From: Chloroflexota bacterium
GTDB lineage: Bacteria; Chloroflexota; UBA4733
Assembly: GCA_036734945.1 (NCBI GenBank)
Contig: DAIMXP010000023.1
Location: 1 to 64,000, forward strand
Length of the DNA: 64,000 nt
Direction: 5' to 3'
Shown here: one piece after another, positions 29,194-37,780 of the stretch
Layout of the letters: each line of letters starts with the position of its first letter
Numbering within the stretch: position 1 is the first letter of the stretch
Position numbers and translations under genes: made by a program
Notes under the pieces: generated by a model
Database searches by the model: none
Told to the model about the DNA's origin: nothing
Seen by the model: the letters and a program-made list of their open reading frames with translations, nothing else

Positions 29194-30456
29194 ATGCCGA
29201 ACAATCGCCACCTGGTGAACGACTTCGATATCCTCCGGCCGACGCAACTCCTCGAACGTGGCCTGCCCCTGCCGGGGTTGGACGGCCGTCACATTGTGGA
29301 ACATGGCTGGTGCTGCATCATCACCATCGACGGCGTCTACCAGGAGACGCTGGGGCCAGGTAAACACCACCTCGGTCGCTACCCCTTCTTCGGCAACGTC
29401 AAGGCCACCGCCGTCGATACGCGCATCAAGACGCTCACAATCTCTACCACCCGCGAGTTCACCATCGAGAAGCCCGTGCCGGTAGAGATCAACCTGGATC
29501 TGGCCGTCGAGTATCAGGTGAAGGATGCCCGCCGCGTCGTCCTCGAAGTCGGCCAACCGCTCACCGGACTGTACGACCGGGTGATTCAGGCAGTGCGCGG
29601 CGCCGTCGTCTTTGCGACCGTGGAAGACATCCGCCGTCAGGGTGAGACGATCGCCCAGATGACGCTGCAACGCCTGCAAGCAATGCAGCTCCCAAAGATT
29701 CTCGGCATTGAGGTCTTCACGATACTCGTCAACTCAATCAAGGCGACGGACGCCGGGAACGATGCGCTGGCCGCCCGCCAGATGGAGGAGTACACGCGGG
29801 TGCGCGACTGGCAACTCGATTCGCAAATGCTGTCCCAGTCGCAGATGACGCCGGAGTGGATGCTCATGCATCGACCGGAAGTGTACGCCCAGATGATGGC
29901 CGGCAACCAGGCCCTCATGAAGGAGTTGATCGAACGAGGCATGCTTGACCCGGCCGCCGTTCTGAGCCGACCGGTCGGCGCTACGTACGTTGATCCGCAG
30001 TCTATGCTGGCTGCCTTGACGGGCGGCGCGGCCTCGGCGTTCGGCGGCGTCCCGAGTCTTGGGTCCGGCATCCCCGCGACACACGGCTCTCCGCAGTTGC
30101 CCGAAGCCTTGCCGGGCAGTAGCCAGGCCGCGGCAGGAGGCGACATCATGGCGCGAATGCGCGAGGATATCCGCTACCTCCAGGCGCTGCCGGGAGTGGT
30201 GGTAGAGACCAAGCCCGGCATTGACGACCTCGGCGTGCCCGACGGCTCCTACGACGTGCAGGTGCAACTGCCGCGCAGCTCGGGCGGACGTCTCCAACTG
30301 TACGTGATGTGCCCACGGGGCTACCCACAGCAACCGCCGACCGTCGAACTGGACCTGGACGATCAGCCCACCCCCTTCCAGTCGGCCATCCTGCGGCGCT
30401 GGACCGGGCAGTATCTCGTGGAGATCGCCCGCGAAGCCAAGCAATACTGGGGGTGA
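29194..30456 (+). CDS. SPFH/band-7-like domain protein with a C-terminal E2/RWD/UEV-like (YPxxPP) module
   Basis: SPFH-like block YQETLGPGKHHLGRYPFFGNVKATAVDTRIKTLTISTT...GIEVFTILVNSIKATD. The C-terminus LQLYVMCPRGYPQQPPTVEL resembles the UBC/RWD YPxxPP signature. Confidence 0.5.
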   Translation: MPNNRHLVNDFDILRPTQLLERGLPLPGLDGRHIVEHGWCCIITIDGVYQETLGPGKHHLGRYPFFGNVKATAVDTRIKTLTISTTREFTIEKPVPVEINLDLAVEYQVKDARRVVLEVGQPLTGLYDRVIQAVRGAVVFATVEDIRRQGETIAQMTLQRLQAMQLPKILGIEVFTILVNSIKATDAGNDALAARQMEEYTRVRDWQLDSQMLSQSQMTPEWMLMHRPEVYAQMMAGNQALMKELIERGMLDPAAVLSRPVGATYVDPQSMLAALTGGAASAFGGVPSLGSGIPATHGSPQLPEALPGSSQAAAGGDIMARMREDIRYLQALPGVVVETKPGIDDLGVPDGSYDVQVQLPRSSGGRLQLYVMCPRGYPQQPPTVELDLDDQPTPFQSAILRRWTGQYLVEIAREAKQYWG

Positions 30457-30465
30457 GGGGACAGC

Positions 30466-31203
30466 GTGTCTGACTTCTACCGCGCCCTTCGGGTGATGCC
30501 CTCCGCCACACCGGAGCAGATCGCCAGCGCCTACGCGCGCGAACGCACGCGTGTGGAGACGCCCGGGGACACGCCGGAAACGTCAGTAGCGGCGCGCCTG
30601 ACGGCGATTGAGGAAGCGTACGTCGTGCTCGGTGACCCTGAGCGCCGCGCTGCCTACGATCGGTCGTTGGGCAGTACTCGCGCGCGCGCCTCAACCGTGA
30701 CCGTGCAGGCGCTCGTCGATGCCGAGCCAGAAGCAGGACCTTCCCCGTCGGCGGCCCCACTCGCAACCATCACTCCGTCGACGCCATCGTCGACTGCAGC
30801 CTCACTGAACGCATCCACTATCAACCTCGACTTGCTGTCTCCAGCGCCGACCGTGCGAGCCTGCCCGAATTGCGGCAATTCCAACCCGGTACAGGCGACC
30901 ATCTGCTCGTCCTGTGGCGGGCAGATGACCCGGCCTTGCCCCTATTGCGGCCAGCCGGTGGCCCTCAGCGAAGCCGTCTGCCCACGCTGCCACACCGTTG
31001 TCACGGAGTATGACCAGCGCCGTTTCGCCGTGGCGGTGCAAGGGGACCACCAGGTGCAAGAAGAGCGACGGGATCTCTCGGCCGGGGTGGAGGCACTGGA
31101 GGCTTCCAATGCCCAACGCAACCAGAACGCGCTCATCTTCTGGCTGGTGGCGCTGGCCCTTTTTGTTGGCGTCATCATCTTCCTGGTAAGCCAGGTCCAT
31201 TGA
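30466..31203 (+). CDS. J-domain-like (no HPD) double zinc-ribbon protein with a C-terminal transmembrane anchor
   Basis: FYRALRV...IASAY...LGDPERRAAYDRS is a J-fold with TPGDTP where HPD is expected. Zinc ribbons CPNCG...CSSCG and CPYCG...CPRCH. Terminal hydrophobic helix. Confidence 0.5.
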   Translation: MSDFYRALRVMPSATPEQIASAYARERTRVETPGDTPETSVAARLTAIEEAYVVLGDPERRAAYDRSLGSTRARASTVTVQALVDAEPEAGPSPSAAPLATITPSTPSSTAASLNASTINLDLLSPAPTVRACPNCGNSNPVQATICSSCGGQMTRPCPYCGQPVALSEAVCPRCHTVVTEYDQRRFAVAVQGDHQVQEERRDLSAGVEALEASNAQRNQNALIFWLVALALFVGVIIFLVSQVH

Positions 31204-31940
31204 ATGCTGCAATGACCATGGCAACGCTGCCTCCCGAGACCACCCCGGAGCAGGGTCTGATCTGCAGCAACTGCCACGCGCTCAACTCCGCCGGCGCCAG
31301 CGTCTGCACTGCCTGCGGCGTGCGCCTGGTCAACCTGCCGGACGCCGTTGTTCGGCTACAGGAGATCGAACGGCAAGAGGCGGCCGCGCATGCCGCCATC
31401 CTCCAGGCCAGGACGGCAACACGCATTGACGGCGAGTGGCGGCGAAGCGTGCGCGGACTGCGCCGCCAGATGGTCTGGCTCCTCGCGGCTGCGCTCGTCG
31501 CTGCTGCTGCTGGGCTAGGGGTCATGCGCTTCCACCAACATCAACTCGCCGTTCAGGCTCAACACCTGGCGAGCGACTACGCCGCGGGGATGCTGTGCCT
31601 GAGCGATACCAACTTCCTCTGTGCCCGCGACGACTTCCAGGCGTTGCTGCTGGAGTCCCCAGGCTATCGCGACGCGGCCGACAAACTGCGCGAGGCGCGC
31701 TATGGTCTGGCGCGCCAATACGCGGCGGGCGGCCAATGGCAAAAGGCGCTGGATGAGCTGAACGCTGTGCTCAATCAGAAGCCGGGCGATGCGCAAGCGC
31801 TGACCCAGGAGCACGATGTCTACAACCGCTGGATTGCCGATGTGTCGGGCCACGGCGACTACTTGCAAGCGCTGCGCCTGATTCTGCAGCGCGACGCCCG
31901 TTTTCCTCCCGGCCAGCCGGATATCTACAGGGAGACGTGA
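31200..31940 (+). CDS. Zinc-ribbon / TM / TPR-like repeat protein
   Basis: CSNCHALN...CTACG ribbon, one TM helix and a C-terminal helical repeat region. It overlaps the previous gene by 4 nt. Confidence 0.45.
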   Translation: MNAAMTMATLPPETTPEQGLICSNCHALNSAGASVCTACGVRLVNLPDAVVRLQEIERQEAAAHAAILQARTATRIDGEWRRSVRGLRRQMVWLLAAALVAAAAGLGVMRFHQHQLAVQAQHLASDYAAGMLCLSDTNFLCARDDFQALLLESPGYRDAADKLREARYGLARQYAAGGQWQKALDELNAVLNQKPGDAQALTQEHDVYNRWIADVSGHGDYLQALRLILQRDARFPPGQPDIYRET

Positions 31941-31999
31941 AGGTGGGGGCGCCGCCACAACGGGCGCTGTGATTTTGTCCTCAATAGAAAGGAAGAGCA

Positions 32000-32944
32000 A
32001 TGGCAACCTATTACGAGACCTTGCAAGTGCAGCCGACGGCAACGCCTGCCGAGGTCGATGACGCCTGTAACACGCTGTACAACAAGTGGCGGCGGCTGGT
32101 GACGCACCACGACCCGAGCGTGGTAAACCAGGCCAATCAGGCGTTGCAGCAGGTGGATGCGATCCGCTCCACGCTGAGTGACCCGGTCCGGCGCTCCGCC
32201 TATGACGAGGGCATCGGGTTGAATGGGGCGATTGGCGGGCTGGCGGACCCAGAGGCGGTGCTACGGGCAATGCCGGTCGTGACGATGGCGCCGCCCTCTC
32301 CGCCGCCCCCTCGACCATTGGCTGGTCCACCTGCGCAGGTAGCCGCCAGTCGGCCGGGGCTGTGGGCGTGCCCCAAGAAGGGGTGCGGCGCCGAAAACCC
32401 TCCCAATACGAAGTTCTGCTTCAAGTGTGGGACGCAGTTGGTGCAAGAGTGCCCCGAGTGTAAGAAAATGTCATCGCTGATCTCGACGAGTTTCTGCGGG
32501 GAGTGCGGTTACCGCTACAGCATAGCTAGCGAGCGGGCTGCGACGTTAGCGGCTTGGCTGGAACTACAGCAGAATGTCGAGCGGCAAAATGGGGAACTGG
32601 GAATGCTTCAGGAACAGCGCAACCACATGAAGTATGGTGGGCACATCTTCTGGATGATCGTGTTCGGGTTGGGAGCACTTGGAGTATTTTTAGGGGCGCA
32701 CTCTGACTATGAAAAGGGAGGTGCTGTGGGTGTGAGTGTGAGTGTGAGTGTGAGTGTCGTCCTCGGTGCCTTCTTGGTGGGGATTGTCGTCCTTATTGGA
32801 GTGGGGTACAGCAGCAAGCAGAAGGAGAAGGCGAAGGCTGACGCCGCCATCGTCGCCAAGCGCAGCGAGATTGAGCGAACGACTCAGATGATGGCCGGCT
32901 CGGCTCAGGTGTATCAGCAGCTTGGACAGCGCAAAGCGGGGTGA
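32000..32944 (+). CDS. J-domain-like (HHD variant) zinc-ribbon membrane protein
   Basis: YYETLQV...LVTHHDPSVVNQANQ...LSDPVRRSAYDEG. Ribbons CPKKGCG...CFKCG and CPECK...CGECG. Coiled-coil and 2 TM helices with a VS repeat encoded by (GTGAGT)n. Confidence 0.5.
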   Translation: MATYYETLQVQPTATPAEVDDACNTLYNKWRRLVTHHDPSVVNQANQALQQVDAIRSTLSDPVRRSAYDEGIGLNGAIGGLADPEAVLRAMPVVTMAPPSPPPPRPLAGPPAQVAASRPGLWACPKKGCGAENPPNTKFCFKCGTQLVQECPECKKMSSLISTSFCGECGYRYSIASERAATLAAWLELQQNVERQNGELGMLQEQRNHMKYGGHIFWMIVFGLGALGVFLGAHSDYEKGGAVGVSVSVSVSVVLGAFLVGIVVLIGVGYSSKQKEKAKADAAIVAKRSEIERTTQMMAGSAQVYQQLGQRKAG

Positions 32945-33005
32945 GATTCTGGGGTGTGACGCAAAGTAGTACGCAGCAAGCGAACGACGTGAGTACCAAA
33001 GAGCA

Positions 33006-33500
33006 CAGGGCCGCGATTGCGGGCCCAGAGGGCGCCCCCGGCCAAGTTACCGGGGCGACTGCGGTCGCTTGGGTGGGGGAGGACGGTTGGGGGCAAGGGA
33101 CGTTCGATGGGTTGGGAACAGGGCCGCGATTGCGATCGGCGGCCAAGGACGGAGGGCGACTGCGGTCGCTTGGGTGGGGACCGACGGTTGGAAAAGGCGA
33201 AAGATTGGTTCATCTTGAACAGGGCCGCGATTGCGATCGACGGCCAAGTGACGAGGGCGACTGCGGTCGCTTGGGTGGGGACCGACGGTTGCATATTCAC
33301 AGCGCCTCGGCCCCTGCTCCCCTTCACCATTCCTTGCCTCCCGCAACCGTCCTTACCCTGTCAAGCGACCGCAGTCGCCCCCGTCACTTGGCCGCCGATC
33401 GCAATCGCGGCCCTGTACTCCCCCACCCACCTTCCCGCAGCCTCCCCCAACCGCACTCCCCCGGCCAAGCGACCGCAGTCGCCGCCCTGCGATCTCCCTA
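33006..33500. repeat. Family-B REP/BIME-like cluster with three direct and two inverted copies of a roughly 50-75 bp unit (GGGCCGCGATTGCGATCGGCGGCCAAGTGACGGGGGCGACTGCGGTCGCTTGG)
   Basis: Units were read directly from the sequence. Each holds two hairpins (GGCCGC..GCGGCC and GCGAC-TGCG-GTCGC). The same unit recurs at 37.8 and 55.2 kb. Confidence 0.7.
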
Positions 33501-33549
33501 ACTAAACCGTATTGGGCGTTCACCTCAATCTCGCGTTGGGAGCCTAACT

Positions 33550-36546
33550 ATGCAGTTCCCCTATATCTTCCTTTCCAGCCGTGAATTCGTCCAGGAGGCT
33601 GTCGACTTCGACAACAATCATGGTGTGACCTACCGGGAGGTCGGCGGCGAGCATGCCATCTGGGCGGCGCGGGTGCCGTTCGTCCCAGCGATGATGTCGG
33701 AGGACTTCACGCGCCTTGGCCGGGAACGCATCCGGCTCATCATGGAGCGCCAGTTCCATTTCATCTACGACCTCGCCCGGCTGCGGGAGCATCGCGCTAC
33801 CTTTGAGCTCCGCTTCATCGCCACGCCCAATCCGGTCCCCGGCCAACCCAACCTGATCGACATGGTCTTCCTCGGCAAGGTCTTCGCGACGCGCTTCCGG
33901 GGCGGCCAGCCGCTGGCGGAACGGCTCTGGGAGAAGTTCCAGGCGACGTTTCCGGTGGAGGACCCCTTCAACTATCCGCTGGAGCCGGTGACCAACGAGG
34001 CGGAGTTTCGGAGTTACCTGGAGCCGATCCCTACCGCCAACCTCACGGCGGACTGTCTGCTCGAAATCCGCAAGTATGAAGACATGCCGATTCGCAGCAC
34101 GGCAGCGCTTGGCCGCCTGGAGCGAACCGGTGACTATGTCGCCCACCCCTTCGTCCCCTGCGTCGACTTCAACCCCATGGGCCGCTTCCTGGCGGCGCTC
34201 GCCCGCGAACCGCAACGCTGCCTGGTGGGTATCAGTCTGCGGCCTGTACGCATGTTCGACCAGGAAATCTTCAATGTCAGCTATGCCATCGGCCAATTCA
34301 AGAAGACCATCGGCGACGACGCTGGCGTCACCGAGGAGTACATCCGCTCGCGGGCCGGCATCGGCACCTTCGTCTATCAACAGTTGATGCAGGAACGCGA
34401 GGGCCTGGTGCTGGTGCGCGTTCACCTGGTGGGCGAGGACCACGCGCCTTACGGCCTCGCCGGCGCGCTTGGCTCCGAGATGATGGGCAACGCCGAGAAC
34501 GTCTACCCGACGCAGTGGTCCGCCGCCCAGCCGGCCGACGAGCACGAATTCGCTACTGCCGTCGCCAACCTGCGCTTCTTGGAGCAGGCGCACTGGGGCC
34601 ACACGATTGCGCCCTTACCACTCCAGCGCCTCCGCTACTTTGCCACTGCGCGCGAAGCATATGGCGCGTTTCGGCTGCCTGTCCCTTCCGAGTCCGGCTA
34701 CCTCCCCGGCGTGCTGGTCAAGAGTGAACCATTCGTCGCGCCGGCTGACGAATTGGAACTGCGCGAGCAGGCCCGTGCCAACCGCAACGATGCGCTCGCA
34801 GCCTCCACCGAGCAGGCCCGCAACCGCAAGGTCGGCCTTGGCGTAGTCTACCACCGCGGTTCAGCCACCGCGCAGGCATTCCGACTCAATGTGCGCGACC
34901 TCACCCGCCACGCGCTCATCGCCGGCTCCACCGGCAGCGGCAAGAGCACGACCGTCAAGCACATTCTGGTGCAGCTCTGGCTGGAGCACCGTGTCCCCTT
35001 CCTGGTCCTGTACCCGGTCGATAAGCCCGACTACCGCGAGCTGCGCGGCTTCCCGGCACTGGCCGACGAGTTACTCGTGTTCACGTTGGGTGACGAGAGC
35101 ACGTCGCCCTTCCGCTTCAACCCTTTTGAGGTACCGGATGGCCTGCTGCTCAAGACGCACCTCTCTCGCCTCATGCGAGTCTTCACCGCTGCCTTCAGCC
35201 TCCAGGATCCTCTGCCCATGATCTATCGAGAGGCGCTTCGCCAGGTCTATCGGGAGAAGGGCTGGGACATTGTCCTGGAACGCGGCGAATCGAGCCGCGA
35301 CTATCCGACCATGGCGGAGTTCTATGCGGCGATCAAACGCATTGCCGACGGGCTGGAGTACGGCCGCGAGGTCAAGGATACCGTTCGCCAGGCCTCCGTC
35401 ATCCGCATTGGCGATTTGCTGGAGAATGCCGGCCACGTCGTCAACGTGCGCCGATCTATGCCGCTCGGCAAAATTCTGAACCAGCCCACGATCATGGAGT
35501 TGGGCCGCGTCGGCTCCGCCCAGGACACCGCGCTGCTGATGGGCTTCCTGTTGATGCGCTTCACCGAGGAAGTGGAGCGTCACCCGCGTCACGCCGAGCA
35601 CCCGCACATCACCGTGATCGAGGAGGCTCACCGTCTGATGGCGGAGACGGGGCCACGCTCCGAGTCGGGCGGTGACACGCGCGGCGCGGCCGGCGAGGAC
35701 TTTGCCAATATCCTGGCGGAGGTGCGCGGCTTCGGTGAGGGCATCATCATCGCTGAGCAGATTCCCACGTTACTGGTCAAAGGCGCCATCGGCAACACCT
35801 ATCTGAAAATCATGCACTGGCTGGAGGACGCGCCGAGCTTTGAGTCCTTCGCCGACATGATGAACCTCAACGCGGAGCAACGGGAGTACGCCCGCACCCT
35901 CACGCCCGGCTTCGCCCTCCTGCGTAATCCCTACGGTCGCCCGGTCCACGTCAAGGTACCGGAGTTCGGCGATCAGCCGGGCTACTGCCGCGAGGCCCTG
36001 CCCGACAGCTCCGACGCGAGCATTCGCGCCTTTATGGAGACGCAGCGGCAGAAGCTGGCGCTGGGCGACGTACCGGTTGACCCGTGGGATATCAGTCTCA
36101 GCGCCGGTGGGTCTGCCGCCGGGGCCACTCAGGCGGGGGCGGAGCTGCTGCAGTTGCTCGTGGCGGCGCCTATGGCAACCTGCGCCTACTGTGCCCCGTT
36201 ACACGCCACGAAGCGCTGCCGCTATGCCGGGGCGGTGCGCCGCCGTCTGCTCAGCGACTCCGCCTTCGATCAGGCCCGGCAGGAGGAGCTGCGTTCCGTG
36301 CTGGCACAGGAACAGCAATCAGACCTCTGGTTGGAAACGCGCGGCTGGGGCGCCCGCGTAGAAGAGCGGGTACGATCGGTCACGCCGGCCGACCGACGCG
36401 GCATCGTCTACTGCTACCTGGCGCACTCTGCCGACAGTATGGCGCGGGGAGCATCGGCGAAGGCGGAGGGGACAACGCCCGAGGTTCGCCGCGCCCGCGG
36501 CCTGCTCCAGCAATTTGAAGCAGAATACCCAAAGCCGGAAGGATGA
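33550..36546 (+). CDS. HerA/FtsK-type P-loop ATPase (DUF87-like) with a large uncharacterised N-terminal domain and a Cys-rich C-terminal region
   Basis: 998 aa. Walker A LIAGSTGSGKSTTV at about residue 450. Walker B HITVIEEAHRL (hhhhDEAH, characteristic of HerA/VirB4/FtsK). C-terminal CAYCAPLH..KRC. Confidence 0.6.
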   Translation: MQFPYIFLSSREFVQEAVDFDNNHGVTYREVGGEHAIWAARVPFVPAMMSEDFTRLGRERIRLIMERQFHFIYDLARLREHRATFELRFIATPNPVPGQPNLIDMVFLGKVFATRFRGGQPLAERLWEKFQATFPVEDPFNYPLEPVTNEAEFRSYLEPIPTANLTADCLLEIRKYEDMPIRSTAALGRLERTGDYVAHPFVPCVDFNPMGRFLAALAREPQRCLVGISLRPVRMFDQEIFNVSYAIGQFKKTIGDDAGVTEEYIRSRAGIGTFVYQQLMQEREGLVLVRVHLVGEDHAPYGLAGALGSEMMGNAENVYPTQWSAAQPADEHEFATAVANLRFLEQAHWGHTIAPLPLQRLRYFATAREAYGAFRLPVPSESGYLPGVLVKSEPFVAPADELELREQARANRNDALAASTEQARNRKVGLGVVYHRGSATAQAFRLNVRDLTRHALIAGSTGSGKSTTVKHILVQLWLEHRVPFLVLYPVDKPDYRELRGFPALADELLVFTLGDESTSPFRFNPFEVPDGLLLKTHLSRLMRVFTAAFSLQDPLPMIYREALRQVYREKGWDIVLERGESSRDYPTMAEFYAAIKRIADGLEYGREVKDTVRQASVIRIGDLLENAGHVVNVRRSMPLGKILNQPTIMELGRVGSAQDTALLMGFLLMRFTEEVERHPRHAEHPHITVIEEAHRLMAETGPRSESGGDTRGAAGEDFANILAEVRGFGEGIIIAEQIPTLLVKGAIGNTYLKIMHWLEDAPSFESFADMMNLNAEQREYARTLTPGFALLRNPYGRPVHVKVPEFGDQPGYCREALPDSSDASIRAFMETQRQKLALGDVPVDPWDISLSAGGSAAGATQAGAELLQLLVAAPMATCAYCAPLHATKRCRYAGAVRRRLLSDSAFDQARQEELRSVLAQEQQSDLWLETRGWGARVEERVRSVTPADRRGIVYCYLAHSADSMARGASAKAEGTTPEVRRARGLLQQFEAEYPKPEG

Positions 36547-36553
36547 CCGCACA

Positions 36554-36841
36554 GTGAGCGACTTCACCTTCGACCCTGCGGCTGCCGACGCCATTGATGC
36601 AGCGGTAAACACCGCCTCACTCGACGTCAGCGGCCCGGCCCTGGAAGTACCGGAGGTGCAGGCCGACGCCGACGTGCCCGATGTCGTTCCGGCTGGCGAC
36701 GACACTACCCTCGCCACGATCCATCCGCCAGAACAGCCGGAGATCGAGCCCCACATGGAAAACGAGCCCGTCACCATCGAGACGGGCGGTAAGTCGCTGG
36801 AGCCGCCGGAAGGCTGGACTCCCCGTGGTCCCGAGGGGTGA
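36554..36841 (+). CDS. Small acidic hypothetical protein
   Basis: Asp/Glu/Pro-rich and abuts the ATPase gene. The start is uncertain (36515 ATG overlaps the previous CDS; 36554 GTG). Confidence 0.3.
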   Translation: MSDFTFDPAAADAIDAAVNTASLDVSGPALEVPEVQADADVPDVVPAGDDTTLATIHPPEQPEIEPHMENEPVTIETGGKSLEPPEGWTPRGPEG

Positions 36842-37458
36842 TAGCGATGGACGACATCGATGTCGCCGAGCCACCAACACCCGAAGTACTTGACGCACCG
36901 GCGACGGACGACGGCCAGGGAAGCCTGGATGGCTCTGTCGACTACACCATGGAGACGGATCTGCAGGTGCAGGATGCCACCGATGCGCTGCAGCAACTCG
37001 ACGGCATCTCCCCAGCTACCTGGCAAACGCTGGATGCCCAGGGCCGATTGGAGGCCCTGCAGAGCGTGGAGGACAGTATGGCGGCCGTGCAGGGTCGCCC
37101 GGGCTTGTCCGTTGAAGCGGAGGCCCTCGGCCCCGGTGTCTGCGGCGCCTACGACGGGTCGCGGCTCGTTGTGAACGCCGAGCAACTTGACAGTGCAACG
37201 CCTGTCGGTGAATTTGTGGACACTGTTGTTCACGAGGATCGCCACGCCTTCCAGGACTTCGCGGTGAGCCATCCCGGCACGGTGACCGATGGCACAGTGG
37301 TCGGGGCCTGGGCAGCGAATATGGAGCCTGGGCAGTACCTCAGTGCCGAAGACTACGGTCTAGAGGCCTACGCCGCCCAACCGATCGAAGCGGATGCCTG
37401 GGCCTATGCAGGCCGCATTGCCCAGGGCCTCGGGCTGCCCCGACTGGAGTCGGAATAG
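36838..37458 (+). CDS. Putative zincin-like metallopeptidase (HExxH) with an acidic N-terminus
   Basis: TVVHEDRHAFQD contains HEDRH (HExxH). Overlaps the upstream stop (GTGA). ATG at 36847 is an alternative start. Confidence 0.45.
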   Translation: MIAMDDIDVAEPPTPEVLDAPATDDGQGSLDGSVDYTMETDLQVQDATDALQQLDGISPATWQTLDAQGRLEALQSVEDSMAAVQGRPGLSVEAEALGPGVCGAYDGSRLVVNAEQLDSATPVGEFVDTVVHEDRHAFQDFAVSHPGTVTDGTVVGAWAANMEPGQYLSAEDYGLEAYAAQPIEADAWAYAGRIAQGLGLPRLESE

Positions 37459-37780
37459 GATGGAGATGGAACGCGATACTGTCGTGTCCCGACTGGTAGA
37501 GGAATTCGGCTATCCGCTTCACGGTGCATCGTTAGTAGCCGACAAGTTACTCGCGCTCTCACCACCAGTGCGCGAGGCCTTCATCTCGTGGTGGGACGGC
37601 GGACCCTTGCCCAGCCTCGAAATCTCGGGGGAAACCGTCCGCACCCTCATGGATCAGCACGGTCAACAGCCGATCGCCGCCTTCCTAACGCTCGACTGGC
37701 TCCAGCGCGACCCAGTCGCGGCGCGACGGGTACTACGAAAAGGTCACGATAGCGTCCGCTTCCCAGGACGCCACGTGTAG
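37459..37780 (+). CDS. Hypothetical small protein
   Basis: ATG immediately after the previous stop. 107 aa with no known motif. Confidence 0.3.

Noticed and set aside
33006-33300. Possible CRISPR array (three direct repeats with unique spacers of similar length)
   Set aside because: The repeat unit is about 75 bp with two internal hairpins. Downstream copies are inverted. The same unit occurs as inverted pairs at two other loci. No cas genes are present. This fits REP/BIME-type elements.
33550-36546. HerA/FtsK-type ATPase as a conjugative coupling protein (VirD4/TraD) or VirB4
   Set aside because: No relaxase, pilus, T4SS or integrase genes are in the neighbourhood, and VirD4/VirB4 proteins carry N-terminal TM segments that are absent here.
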